Shown here: positions 54,541 through 64,000 of the stretch, one piece after another
Position numbering within the stretch: the first letter of the stretch is position 1
How the letters are laid out: the number at the start of each line of letters is the position of its first letter
Assembly (NCBI GenBank): GCA_964403505.1
Contig: CAYOFP010000005.1
Location: forward strand, 7,655-71,654
DNA: 64,000 nt
Source of the DNA: an uncultured Lachnospiraceae bacterium
GTDB lineage: Bacteria > Bacillota > Clostridia > Oscillospirales > CAG-272
Reading direction: 5' to 3'
The notes under the pieces: generated by a model
What the model was told of the DNA's origin: nothing
The model's input: the letters and a program-made list of their open reading frames with translations, nothing else
Databases searched by the model: none
Program-made: the position numbers and the translations under genes

Positions 54541-55299
54541 GTGATAAAAATCAAAAATATTTTATCTATGCTTGCCTTAACAGCGATTATCGCAACCGGC
54601 AGAAGCCCGATCGTGATAGCGCATCGGGGAGCACCCGATTTTGCGCCGGAAAATACGTTATCCTCCTTCGTTATCGCCGCAGTGCAGGGCGCCGACGCCA
54701 TCGAATGTGACATATGGCTCTCATCCGACGGGAAGCTCATCGTAAACCACGACCCGACGACGGGCAGAGTGTGGAGCGAGGACCTCGAGATCGAGAAAAC
54801 AGACAGCGAAACGCTCACTTCCCTTTCGCTGAACCACGGATTCTGCGCCGCTTTTCCGAAATACAAAAACGAGCATATCCCGTTATTCCGGGACGTTTTT
54901 GAAAACACGGAAGACATGCATATTTTTGCAGAATTGAAAAGCGGGACACCTCAAGCAAACAAAGCTTTTTTGGAAGAGTTAGAAAGGTTGGGCGCAAAAG
55001 ACCGGGTCACTGTCATCTCATTTTCCCGTGAAAGCGTGGAGTTTTTCATATCCCACGGATATGAGAGCGCATGGCTCGTCGCATGCGAGGAAGACGAGGT
55101 CGCAGAACTCGACATACCTAAAGAAGCGATTCTCGATATCTCGGCAAATGCGCTGACAGAAGAAAACATCACACTGTTACACGAAAGAGGCGTTACCGTC
55201 TATGCTTGGACCGCACCCGGTGAGGCAAAATACAGGTATCTTGCCTCCATCGGAGCAGACGGCGTGACATGCGATAATATCTCATTTTGCGCAAAATAA
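54541..55299 (+). CDS. glycerophosphodiester phosphodiesterase family protein
   Basis: The GDPD motif is IAHRGAPDFAPENTLSSF…ECDIWLSSDG. The start is uncertain (GTG 54541 or ATG 54568). Confidence 0.8.
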   Translation: MIKIKNILSMLALTAIIATGRSPIVIAHRGAPDFAPENTLSSFVIAAVQGADAIECDIWLSSDGKLIVNHDPTTGRVWSEDLEIEKTDSETLTSLSLNHGFCAAFPKYKNEHIPLFRDVFENTEDMHIFAELKSGTPQANKAFLEELERLGAKDRVTVISFSRESVEFFISHGYESAWLVACEEDEVAELDIPKEAILDISANALTEENITLLHERGVTVYAWTAPGEAKYRYLASIGADGVTCDNISFCAK

Positions 55300-55328
55300 A
55301 AATCGCGGCGTTTTTCGCCGCGATTTTG
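55298..55328. terminator. bidirectional terminator hairpin
   Basis: AAAAATCGCGGCG-TTTTT-CGCCGCGATTTT lies between convergent genes. Confidence 0.85.
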
Positions 55329-55330
55329 AA

Positions 55331-56128
55331 TTATAACTGACTCGGTATATCAGAGTCCGACGATTCGGAAATATCCGATATGTCTTCGCCGTCCTCACTT
55401 TCGAGCTTTGAAAGCATGATAACGACTAATATCATAGCCGCACAGGAACAGCCCGAGCCAAGCCCAACGACCTGTGCATACAATAATGAATTCAATGCGC
55501 CAATGCCTGTTAATACGGCTAAAACTATCATCCATATTTTTACAGTCTGCAGCTTTTCGAGCTTTACGTTTCCTGTCTCAAAAGAAACGCACACGCTCTT
55601 CGTGAGCTTATGCAAATTGCGGATATAGAATATATTTATCAGAGTGCACACCACAACGCATAGGAACATAACAGTACTGACAACGCCGATGAAAATACCG
55701 GATGCGAGCTCCGCATCGTAATAATCGTAAACAGTATGACCCGGTGTAATCGAATTGATATATCCGTCAATTGACATCCCGCTCAGCGTAATATTGCCGA
55801 GTTCATGAAGGAAAGCAGGACCTACCGCCATCAAAATAACGGAAAGCGAAACGACCGCACCGATAATCACCCACATAATAATAAACTGCGCCTTGATACA
55901 TCCGCTCAGCATTTTAATGCCCGTCTGCTTTTCGCTTAGCTTACCTCCCTTTGCCGCAGCAAAGGCGAGCCACATCCCGATAACGATCAGAAGGGAAATC
56001 ACATCAAATCCGCCGGCGCTCAGTCCGATCGCAAACGATGCGGAATACAAAATAGCAGTAGCTAAAAATAACGGTGAGGCAAATGCCGCCTCCAATTTTT
56101 TGAGAGTCATATTAACCTCCGAATTCAT
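55331..56128 (-). CDS. hypothetical polytopic membrane protein with acidic C-terminal tail
   Basis: The 265-aa product has about 6 TM helices and a tail reading ESEDGEDISDISESSDSD. No family was recognised. Confidence 0.55.
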   Translation of the reverse strand: MNSEVNMTLKKLEAAFASPLFLATAILYSASFAIGLSAGGFDVISLLIVIGMWLAFAAAKGGKLSEKQTGIKMLSGCIKAQFIIMWVIIGAVVSLSVILMAVGPAFLHELGNITLSGMSIDGYINSITPGHTVYDYYDAELASGIFIGVVSTVMFLCVVVCTLINIFYIRNLHKLTKSVCVSFETGNVKLEKLQTVKIWMIVLAVLTGIGALNSLLYAQVVGLGSGCSCAAMILVVIMLSKLESEDGEDISDISESSDSDIPSQL

Positions 56129-56330
56129 TTTATTATACTAATTATATTCCGAAAATTTTATTATGTCAATGATATAATTCAAATTTTGAGGGAAATGATG
56201 TACAGGAATATCATATTCCACAAATAAAAAAGAATAAATTTCTGAAAATTATTCAAAAAAACTATTACAAAATAAGCAAAAAAATGATAAAATATATATA
56301 TAATACAGTCGCTGTGAAAGGATGATAGCA

Positions 56331-56840
56331 ATGGACAGAAAATTCAAGACCGGAGATATGGTATTATACGGAACGACCGGGATTTGCGAAATTACCGATG
56401 TGACGCAAAAGACATTTAACCGTGAGAGTGCCGAATACTATGTACTCACACCAAAAAAACAAAAGGGGTCTACCGTCTTTGTTCCTGTCAACAGCGAAAA
56501 GCTCGTCTCCCGAATGAAAAAGCTGCTCTCCTGTGATGAAATAAATAACACCATAGGAAGCACCAAGGGATGCGAATATCCATGGATCGATAACGACAGC
56601 GAACGCAGAAAGGGCTTTTCCGAAACGATCCTTTCCGGTGACAGGGCGCAAATAATACTCATGGCAAGAGCCCTGTACAGCAAGCGCAAGATGCAGATCG
56701 AGTGCGGAAAAAAACTGCACGTCGCCGATGAAAAATTCCTCATGGAGGCGGAGCGCATCATCAACGATGAATTCTCGGCAGTGCTCGGCATATCGCCCGA
56801 CGAAGTGCCGTCATATATAAAAGAAGAGATGAACGCTTAA
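56331..56840 (+). CDS. CarD/CdnL-family transcriptional regulator-like protein
   Basis: The N-terminal CarD_TRCF-like Tudor motif is FKTGDMVLYGTTGICEITDV. The ATG at 56331 lies 9 nt after AAAGGA. Confidence 0.7.
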   Translation: MDRKFKTGDMVLYGTTGICEITDVTQKTFNRESAEYYVLTPKKQKGSTVFVPVNSEKLVSRMKKLLSCDEINNTIGSTKGCEYPWIDNDSERRKGFSETILSGDRAQIILMARALYSKRKMQIECGKKLHVADEKFLMEAERIINDEFSAVLGISPDEVPSYIKEEMNA

Positions 56841-56859
56841 GCACAACAAATCCATACAG

Positions 56860-56895
56860 CGAAACGCCGATATATCTTTTCCGTCCCGAATGGAC
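56860..56895 (+). repeat. direct repeat, left copy (brackets phd-doc)
   Basis: CGAAACGCCGATATATCTTTTCCGTCCCGAATGGAC compares with 57787-57823, CGAAACGCCAATATATCTTTTCCGCCCTGAATAGAAC. Confidence 0.85.
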
Positions 56896-57091
56896 AAAAC
56901 AAATAGTTGAGTAGTCAATAAAATAACCGTCTTGTACATTGTACGAGAGGGTTATTTTATCGTTATATGGTAAAACGGTTCGCAAGTTTTCACCGTATCA
57001 AAAGAAAAATTTTCAACAATTTTTCAATATAGGTTGAATTTATCCTAAATATCGCATATAATATAATTGAATATAAAATGGAGGTCACATT

Positions 57092-57334
57092 ATGACAGTA
57101 AATACTGACAACTTGGTTTCTATAACGGAAGCGAATCAAAATTTTTCTCGTGTTGCAAGAATGGTTGATGAAAGCGGCTCTGTCATTATTTTAAAAAATA
57201 ATGTTCCGCGTTATCTTCTTGTTGAATTTAACGCAGCAGAACAGGAACAGATAGCAAAAGAAGATGATGTCCGAGAGATTTCAAAGAGAATCATTGCAAA
57301 GAACAAAGCTGCTTATGAGGTTCTTGCAAAATGA
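57092..57334 (+). CDS. phd: Phd/YefM-family antitoxin
   Basis: The 80-aa product has the typical N-terminus (VSITEANQNFSRVARMVDESGSVIILKNNVPRYLLV). GGAGG lies upstream and an ATGA overlap joins it to doc. Confidence 0.85.
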   Translation: MTVNTDNLVSITEANQNFSRVARMVDESGSVIILKNNVPRYLLVEFNAAEQEQIAKEDDVREISKRIIAKNKAAYEVLAK

Positions 57335-57708
57335 TAAGACTTACCAAGGAGCTTATCATGCTTCTTCATGATGATTTGATTCGTGAAACAGGCGGAGCAC
57401 ATGGAGTTCGTGATGAAGGTTTACTTGAATCTGCAATCAATGCACCATTTGGCGGATACGGTGAGATTGAGCAGTATCCATCAATTCAACAGAAAGGTGC
57501 AAGATTATGTTTTGGACTTGTAAAGAATCATGCCTTTATCGATGGTAACAAGAGAATCGGCGTCCATGCTATGCTTGTATTTCTTGAGTTAAACGGTATT
57601 GTATTAGAATACACGCAGAAAGAATTGTCTGATATCATTTTGTCCGTTGCTTCTGACAAAGCTTCATTCAAAGATTTATTGAAATGGGTAACCGAACACC
57701 AGCTATAA
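57331..57708 (+). CDS. doc: Doc (death-on-curing) Fic-fold toxin kinase
   Basis: The Doc motif HAFIDGNKRIG matches HxFx(D/N)(A/G)NKR. Confidence 0.88.
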   Translation: MIRLTKELIMLLHDDLIRETGGAHGVRDEGLLESAINAPFGGYGEIEQYPSIQQKGARLCFGLVKNHAFIDGNKRIGVHAMLVFLELNGIVLEYTQKELSDIILSVASDKASFKDLLKWVTEHQL

Positions 57709-57786
57709 TAGAGTCCCCCGTAATTATAAAAAAACAGCCGTATTTTCAGTATAATACGACTGTTTTTGCTTTATAAATCTATATAT

Positions 57787-57823
57787 CGAAACGCCAATAT
57801 ATCTTTTCCGCCCTGAATAGAAC
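57787..57823 (+). repeat. direct repeat, right copy (brackets phd-doc)
   Basis: See 56860-56895. The first 24 nt have a single mismatch. Confidence 0.85.
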
Positions 57824-57895
57824 CCGACGGTGCTTTTTTGTTGCAAAAACGGCGGAAATATAGTATAATAATCGAAATGAAACGAGGTGAAGAAA

Positions 57896-59128
57896 ATGCC
57901 GTATCAACCGCTTGCAGACAAAATGAGACCGTCTGATTTTGACGAAATAGCAGGACAGAAGCATCTTTTCGGCAAAAACGGTGCAATACGCAATATGCTC
58001 GAGCGCTCATATATGACGAATATGATATTCTACGGCCCTCCGGGCACGGGAAAAACAACGGCCGCCAACATCATCGCAAAGCACTCGGGTATGGAGATAT
58101 ACCGCCTGAATGCGACGACCGCCTCCCTTTCCGACGTCAAGGAAATCGTCGCAAAAACGGGGACTATTTTCGGCTCAGGCGGAATACTCTTGTATCTTGA
58201 CGAGATGCAGTATTTCAATAAAAAGCAGCAGCAGTCCCTGCTCGAGTATATCGAGGACGGCAGGGTCACGCTCATCACCTCCACTACTGAAAATCCCTAT
58301 ATCTACATATACAATGCGATCATATCCCGTTCCGCCGTCTTTGAGTTCATGCCTGTCACGAGCGAGGATATCAGGCCCGTGCTTTTGCGTGCGATCAACA
58401 AGCTCGAGGGCGAGGGCGGAACAAAAAAGGAAATTTCCGATGATGCGCTGACATATATCGCAGAATCGGCGGCCGGCGATGTGCGCCGTTCTCTTATGCT
58501 GCTCGAAAACGCATATTATTCCTGCTCTGATAAGATCGAGAAGGAAGATATCATAGCTTTCACACCGAAGATCATAGGAAACTTCGATAAAAGCGGAACG
58601 GTCCACTATGATATGCTCTCCGCTCTGCAAAAGTCGATCCGGGGCTCTGATCCCGATGCGGCGATATTCTATCTCTGCAAGATACTCGAGGGTGGAGGCC
58701 TCCCCGGCGCATGCAGGCGGTTGCAGGTCATAGCGAGCGAGGATATCGGCCTTGCCTATCCGCAGGCGGCGGCGATCGTGCGTGCATGCGTGGAAAGCGC
58801 ACGCGACCTCGGCATGCCCGAGGCGACGATACCCCTATCAAATGCGGCGATCCTCCTCGCCACGGCGCCCAAATCAAATGCGGCAAACTCTGCATACGAG
58901 GCGGCAAAGGCCGCAGTCGACCGAGGCAAGGGGCAGGAGGTGCCCCCGTATATGCGCCCGTCCAACCGTTACTCAGGTTACAAATATCCCCACAGCTATA
59001 CAAACAGCTGGGTAGACCAGCAGTATCTGCCCGACGATATCAAAAACATGCATTTTTATGAATATGGCCTTAATAAGACCGAACAGGCCGCAAGGGCGTA
59101 TTGGGATAAAATAAAAGGCAACAAATGA
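57896..59128 (+). CDS. rarA: replication-associated recombination protein A (AAA+ ATPase)
   Basis: ORF 57887..59128. The ATG is at 57896. It has a Walker A (GPPGTGKTT), a Walker B (ILLYLDEMQ) and the MgsA C-terminal domain (SDPDAAIFYL…). Confidence 0.9.
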   Translation: MPYQPLADKMRPSDFDEIAGQKHLFGKNGAIRNMLERSYMTNMIFYGPPGTGKTTAANIIAKHSGMEIYRLNATTASLSDVKEIVAKTGTIFGSGGILLYLDEMQYFNKKQQQSLLEYIEDGRVTLITSTTENPYIYIYNAIISRSAVFEFMPVTSEDIRPVLLRAINKLEGEGGTKKEISDDALTYIAESAAGDVRRSLMLLENAYYSCSDKIEKEDIIAFTPKIIGNFDKSGTVHYDMLSALQKSIRGSDPDAAIFYLCKILEGGGLPGACRRLQVIASEDIGLAYPQAAAIVRACVESARDLGMPEATIPLSNAAILLATAPKSNAANSAYEAAKAAVDRGKGQEVPPYMRPSNRYSGYKYPHSYTNSWVDQQYLPDDIKNMHFYEYGLNKTEQAARAYWDKIKGNK

Positions 59129-60864
59129 AAAATCTCTCTATGATAAAACGGTTTTTACCGTACTATAAAAAATACACGGGAACGCTGTTTTCCGATCTTT
59201 TCTGTGCGGCGCTGACCACCGTATGTGAGCTGATCCTGCCCATGATCGTGCGGCAGATCACCAACTATGCGACCTATGATCCTAAAGCTCTTACGATAAA
59301 ATACGTTCTCATCGTGGGCGCTTTCTACCTTGCCCTGCGCCTCGTGGATGCTGCAGCGTACTATTATATGGCGTCAGTCGGCCATATCATGGGCACAAAG
59401 ATCGAGACGGATATGCGCCGTGATATGTTCTCCCACTTGCAGAAATTATCCTTTAATTTCTATGACACCACGAAGATCGGCTCGATCATGAGCAGGATAA
59501 CGAGCGACCTTTTCGATGTAACGGAGTTTGCGCACCACTGCCCCGAGGAGTTTTTCATCGCATTTGTGAAAATAATCGTCTCATTTGTCATACTCTGCAT
59601 CGTGGATATCCCCCTGACTCTTATCATCTTCGCTGTAATTCCTCCCATGCTTTTTATCCTCATCAGGCTGAACAGCAGACTGCGCCAAGGATTCCGTGAC
59701 CAGAGAAAAAAGGTCGCCGAGCTGAATTCTCAGGTGGAGGACAGCCTGCTCGGTATCAGAGTCGTGAAATCCTTCACAGGTGAAAAGACCGAAAAGAAAA
59801 AGTTTGAGCAAGGAAATGAAGGTTTCTATAGAATAAAAAGCCATGTATATAAATACATGGGGCAATTTCAATCGACAACGAGGCTTTTTGAGGGAATATT
59901 ATATATTGTAGTAGTCGTCACAGGCGCACTCTTTATGATTTATGATAAGATAAGCGCAGGCGACCTCATCGCATATCTTCTGTACGTCACAACGCTATTA
60001 AACTCCATAAAAAAGATCGTCGAATTTGCAGAGCAGTTTCAGCGAGGAATCACGGGCATCGAGCGCTTTTATGAAATCATGGACGAGATACCCGATATTA
60101 CCGACAGTGAAAATGCAAAAGAGATCGAAGAGGTCAAGGGCGATATCGAATTCAGCGATGTTGACTTCTCATATGATGATAACGGAAAAAAAGTGCTTTC
60201 CGGCATCAATCTCTCTATCCCGGCAGGACAGAATGTCGCCCTCGTCGGTCCGTCCGGCGGAGGAAAGACCACCATGTGCTCGCTCATTCCCCGTTTTTAT
60301 GATATCACCTCGGGAAGCATAAAAATAGACGGCTGTGATATCAGCAAATACTCGATATCTTCCCTGCGGCAGAAGATCGGGGCGGTACAGCAGGATGTCT
60401 ATCTCTTTTCGGGCAGTGTAAAGGAAAATATCGAATACGGCAAGCCCGGTGCGACAGATGAGGAGATAGAAAATGCCGCACGTATGGCAGGCGCTCACGA
60501 ATTCATCTGCTCTCTCCCCGAAGGCTACGATACCTATGTCGGAGAAAGAGGCGTGAAGCTCTCGGGCGGACAGAAGCAGCGCATATCCATCGCACGTGTT
60601 TTCCTCAAAAATCCGCCGATCCTGATCCTCGATGAAGCGACGAGCGCACTCGACAACGAAAGCGAAAGAATCGTGCAAAAATCCCTCGAAAAGCTCGCAA
60701 GAGGCAGAACGACCATTACCGTCGCCCACCGACTCACTACCATACGCAACGCCGACAAGATCGTCGTGGTAATGCCCGACGGCATATCTGAGGAAGGCAC
60801 TCACGACGAACTCATCAAGCGGGGCGGCGAATATGCGGCACTATATAAAACATACACCGAATGA
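59125..60864 (+). CDS. ABC transporter fused permease/ATP-binding protein (exporter type)
   Basis: It has a six-TM N-terminal half. The ATPase half has GPSGGGKTT, LSGGQKQR and ILILDEATS. Confidence 0.88.
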   Translation: MKNLSMIKRFLPYYKKYTGTLFSDLFCAALTTVCELILPMIVRQITNYATYDPKALTIKYVLIVGAFYLALRLVDAAAYYYMASVGHIMGTKIETDMRRDMFSHLQKLSFNFYDTTKIGSIMSRITSDLFDVTEFAHHCPEEFFIAFVKIIVSFVILCIVDIPLTLIIFAVIPPMLFILIRLNSRLRQGFRDQRKKVAELNSQVEDSLLGIRVVKSFTGEKTEKKKFEQGNEGFYRIKSHVYKYMGQFQSTTRLFEGILYIVVVVTGALFMIYDKISAGDLIAYLLYVTTLLNSIKKIVEFAEQFQRGITGIERFYEIMDEIPDITDSENAKEIEEVKGDIEFSDVDFSYDDNGKKVLSGINLSIPAGQNVALVGPSGGGKTTMCSLIPRFYDITSGSIKIDGCDISKYSISSLRQKIGAVQQDVYLFSGSVKENIEYGKPGATDEEIENAARMAGAHEFICSLPEGYDTYVGERGVKLSGGQKQRISIARVFLKNPPILILDEATSALDNESERIVQKSLEKLARGRTTITVAHRLTTIRNADKIVVVMPDGISEEGTHDELIKRGGEYAALYKTYTE

Positions 60865-60901
60865 AACAAACAGCTCTGCGTTACAATTATTTGTTGAATT
60901 T

Positions 60902-60947
60902 GGCAATAGTAAAACACGCTTTTCAGCGTGTTTTACTATTGCCTTTT
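60902..60947 (+). terminator. rho-independent terminator (18-bp perfect stem)
   Basis: GGCAATAGTAAAACACGC-TTTTCA-GCGTGTTTTACTATTGCC is followed by TTTT. Confidence 0.9.
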
Positions 60948-61000
60948 GACATTTTATATGGTAGAATTTCGATATAAGAATATACAACGGAGGTATATTT

Positions 61001-62887
61001 ATGAAACTGGTAATAAAAAATAAGTTGCCGGCGATCGTATGCGAGGACGGTACAGTTCTCCTCGAAAACATGTATGTCGGCACACGCTATTGGGGTACGA
61101 TGTACAATCTGCTCAAGGACTATCGCCCGAAGGAATGGCAGGTAAGAGAATGCGATAAATTCGAGAGCGAAAAGGACTTTTCCCCGCTCGGAGATGCGAA
61201 ATACTATATCGCCGAGTGTGACAATGCCGTAATCTATGCGGCACTCGGAGAGGACAAGGCTCTTTTGAAGACTGAATACAAGAATATCGGCGAAGACAAG
61301 AGTGTCGAGCATTTCATCCCCTTGGGCGGTTTATGGAAATGCCGTCTCGAGCGTGCGATGACGAACACCTACACCGCTTACAACGGCGTGAAATGCTTCG
61401 ATATGAACTCACGTACCGCCAACTATATCTTCGACGAAAACGGCTATTGCGAGAGTGCGGTGCATATGCCCATCATCGATCGCAACGGACAGTGCTTCAA
61501 TATCGGCTTTGTCTCATATGAAGAAATGTTTTCGGGTACGTTCGCCTGCGAGGGCGGTACGCTCGAGTTCCGTCAGTTTATTAACGGAGGAAAGACAACG
61601 GCAGGACAGACGGTACGCTCCGACTGGATGCTCATCTCCCTCTTTGACGATATGAACGACGGTCTGTGCGACTACACGAAATTCATACACGATTTCAACA
61701 GATTCCCTGAAACCCACACGAAATCGGTAGCAGGATTTTGCTCGTGGTACTACTACATGGGAAATATCAACGAAAGAACCGTGTACGAAAATCTCGAGGC
61801 AATCGAGAAGATAAAGGACAAGGTTCCGCTCGACTGCTTTCAAATTGATGCAGGCTGGTGCAAAAGCGATACGAGGGACGATACCGATCTCGAACGCTTC
61901 CCTCAGAATATGGACACATACGCAAGGCTCATTAACGAAAAGGGGCTCAGGGCAGGTCTATGGCTGACTCCCTTGGGTTATAAGCTCGACGGCGAGCTTT
62001 ACAAGGAGCACCCCGATTGGTTCGTAAAGCGCTTTGACTCCGACGATGCTGTAGTAATAAGAAAAGACGTCGTCATCCTCGATACGACAAACCCCGAGGT
62101 GCAGGAGTACGTAAAGGCACTGTACAAAAAAATCACATACGACTGGGGCTACAGATATCTGAAAATTGACATGGTCTCCGATGATCTGGTATTCGGCAGA
62201 TACTATAAAGAAGGCGCAGGACCGATTCACTGCCTGCGTGAATTCTTCCGCTGTGTCAGAGAGGCGGTGCACCCGGATACCTATATTCTCTCCTGCACAT
62301 CTCCGATGTTTGAAATAGCGGAATATGTCGACGCCGCTCGAATTTCCGTCGATATTTTCGAGCGCTGGGAATCGCTTATTAAGGTATTCCGCCTTTCACT
62401 GAAACGCCTTTATATGCACAAAAATCTCTTTCTATGCGACCCTGACTGTCTCATGATAAGAAAAAGCGAAAATGAGGACGACGACTGCCGCAGATTCTGC
62501 TCACGTACCGATGAGGAGATACTCACATATATGCGTGCCGTATACTGCTGTGGCGGTATCTTTATGATATCCGACAAGCTACCGCTGATGAGCGACAAGC
62601 AGATCGATATGTACTCGAAATTCTTCCCTCTGAACGACAAAGCAGGAAAGCCACTCGACCTTATGAGCTCGTTTATTCCCTCGCTTGTCGACCTCGGTTA
62701 TGACGGAGACACGAGGACCGTCGGCTTCTTCAACTGGGGCGAGCGTGAAACGACCCTCACACTCGAGCTCGACGGTGTGCATACGGCAAAGGAGCACTTC
62801 ACCGATGAAGTGTATGATGCGACGGATAAATTTACAATAACCCTCGCACCGCACTGCTCCGCTCTCATTGAGTTTACAAAAGAGTAA
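61001..62887 (+). CDS. putative alpha-galactosidase-like glycoside hydrolase (GH36/GH27-type TIM barrel)
   Basis: The 628-aa product has FQIDAGW (the DDGW-type motif region) and YLKIDM, which is typical of the melibiase clan. The family call is by eye only. Confidence 0.55.
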   Translation: MKLVIKNKLPAIVCEDGTVLLENMYVGTRYWGTMYNLLKDYRPKEWQVRECDKFESEKDFSPLGDAKYYIAECDNAVIYAALGEDKALLKTEYKNIGEDKSVEHFIPLGGLWKCRLERAMTNTYTAYNGVKCFDMNSRTANYIFDENGYCESAVHMPIIDRNGQCFNIGFVSYEEMFSGTFACEGGTLEFRQFINGGKTTAGQTVRSDWMLISLFDDMNDGLCDYTKFIHDFNRFPETHTKSVAGFCSWYYYMGNINERTVYENLEAIEKIKDKVPLDCFQIDAGWCKSDTRDDTDLERFPQNMDTYARLINEKGLRAGLWLTPLGYKLDGELYKEHPDWFVKRFDSDDAVVIRKDVVILDTTNPEVQEYVKALYKKITYDWGYRYLKIDMVSDDLVFGRYYKEGAGPIHCLREFFRCVREAVHPDTYILSCTSPMFEIAEYVDAARISVDIFERWESLIKVFRLSLKRLYMHKNLFLCDPDCLMIRKSENEDDDCRRFCSRTDEEILTYMRAVYCCGGIFMISDKLPLMSDKQIDMYSKFFPLNDKAGKPLDLMSSFIPSLVDLGYDGDTRTVGFFNWGERETTLTLELDGVHTAKEHFTDEVYDATDKFTITLAPHCSALIEFTKE

Positions 62888-62899
62888 ATTATAATTATT

Positions 62900-63136
62900 G
62901 TCATGCAATTTATATATTGCATGACGATAATTTTGATTCAGGAGCAAGTTTACAGAACAAAAAACACACATATGCAATATATAACTTGCATATGTGTGTT
63001 TTTGAATTCAGTGGCAGCTCATCAGGAAACGCTTAATGCAATTTATATATTGCATATAGTTGATTCAGATATACGAATCAATTCATTAAAAAAGCGCCTT
63101 AACGCAATATATAAATTGCATTAAGGCGCTTTTTTA
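62900..63136. repeat. cluster of four hairpins sharing a TGCAAT-TTATATA-TTGCA core in alternating orientation
   Basis: The cores lie at 62903-62922 and 63036-63055, which are identical 20-mers reading ATGCAATTTATATATTGCAT. The reverse-oriented cores lie at 62972-62993 and 63102-63121. The outer stems differ. Hairpins 2 and 4 carry A/T runs typical of bidirectional terminators. Confidence 0.85.
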
Positions 63137-63147
63137 TTACAAAATGT

Positions 63148-64000
63148 TTATTTTAATTTTCTTGCATTCCTTGAGAAATAGAAGATTGCGACTGTGTCCG
63201 GGCCTATGTGCGCTCCCGTGCAGAGATCGTAATATCTGAGCATAAAGTTCTCTGCAGGAATACGTTCCTTTATCATGTCCACGAGCATGTTTGCGGCATC
63301 CTCACAATCGGCATGAGAAATACAGATAAGGTCGTCGCACGAACGGATATTTTCGGCACAGGAATCGGCAAGAGCCGAAAGCGCCTTGATTCTGCCGCGC
63401 ACCTTACCGAACGACTCTATCTTGCCGTCGTCATTTCCGTACAGAAGCGGCTTGATATTCAGCATTCCGCCGATCATCGCCGTAGCCGGGGAAATCCGTC
63501 CGCCGCGCTTAAGATACTTCAGATCGTCGACGGTAAATTCCTGACGGATATTGATCCTTATCCGCTCTAACCTCGTAGCCGTTTCCGCAAGGGACTTGCC
63601 CTCATCACGCATTTTGACCGCCTCAAATACGAGCAGTGCCTCGCCGAGGGATGCACACAGCGAATCGACGATAATGCATTTGCGTTCGTTATGCTTTTCC
63701 ATCGCCTCCTCGGCCGCCATCCGTGCCGCCTGTATCGTGCCGGTAACGCCGCTTGACATACCGATGAACAGTATATCCTCGCCGCCCTCCATGATAGGCT
63801 CAAAGGCCGCCAAGAACTTATCGGCGTTTATAAGCGATGTTTTGATATCTGCACCCTCACGGAGTATATTATAATACCGCTTTGCATCCTCGACTCCGTC
63901 GGAATTGGGATTATAACATTTATAGTCCTTACCGAGGGTGGAAAATGTATACGATAGCATATCGATTCCGAGTTTTTTTACATCTTCGGCAATGAGATTT
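63148..64000 (-). CDS. DegV family fatty-acid-binding protein (N-terminus beyond window end)
   Basis: ORF 63148..63960. The frame stays open to the window edge (…NLIAEDVKKLGIDMLSYTF…). The DegV pattern is present (FIGMSSGVTGT, PATAMIGGMLNIKPLL). Confidence 0.85.
   Translation of the reverse strand, partial: NLIAEDVKKLGIDMLSYTFSTLGKDYKCYNPNSDGVEDAKRYYNILREGADIKTSLINADKFLAAFEPIMEGGEDILFIGMSSGVTGTIQAARMAAEEAMEKHNERKCIIVDSLCASLGEALLVFEAVKMRDEGKSLAETATRLERIRINIRQEFTVDDLKYLKRGGRISPATAMIGGMLNIKPLLYGNDDGKIESFGKVRGRIKALSALADSCAENIRSCDDLICISHADCEDAANMLVDMIKERIPAENFMLRYYDLCTGAHIGPDTVAIFYFSRNARKLK

Overview
This is a chromosomal window from a Firmicutes/Clostridia-type genome, judged by the T-box leader, Rex, DnaD/DnaI-like loader pair, DegV and the operon style. 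Most of it is housekeeping. It carries a minus-strand arginine operon (argG-argC-argJ-argB-argD-argF), a helicase-loader pair, rex, tsaD-rimI, galU, a tRNA-Gly/Arg/His cluster, gdhA, pheST behind a Phe T-box, ABC transporters, glycan-related genes, guaB, aroK, asnA, a glutamine synthetase plus ANTAR regulator, rarA and a partial degV.

AT-rich accessory patches are interspersed:
- A NUDIX plus methyltransferase cassette lies just 3' of tRNA-His.
- A roughly 6 kb integrase-less island next to tRNA-Ser holds an IbrB/IbrA-like ParB-nuclease and PAPS-reductase pair, an orphan wHTH protein, an XRE plus 80-aa pair, and an HTH-Fic with a non-canonical motif.
- There are also hipBA and phd-doc modules.

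The most unusual signals are non-coding:
- Two paralogous, inverted arrays sit directly after the tRNA-His and tRNA-Ser terminators. Each has ATCC..GGAT hairpins with covarying stems plus ATTTCAT-spaced segments, followed by tRNA-3'-end-like repeats that bracket cassette DNA.
- A roughly 276-nt nested structure closed by a perfect 20-bp helix lies just upstream of a cobalamin riboswitch.
- A GC-rich mosaic hairpin repeat occurs in two convergent-gene gaps.
- Four hairpins share one core in alternating orientation.
- Direct repeats of about 36 bp bracket phd-doc.

No CRISPR array, rRNA, transposase or integrase was seen. All functional calls come from motif and family recognition by eye, with no database search.
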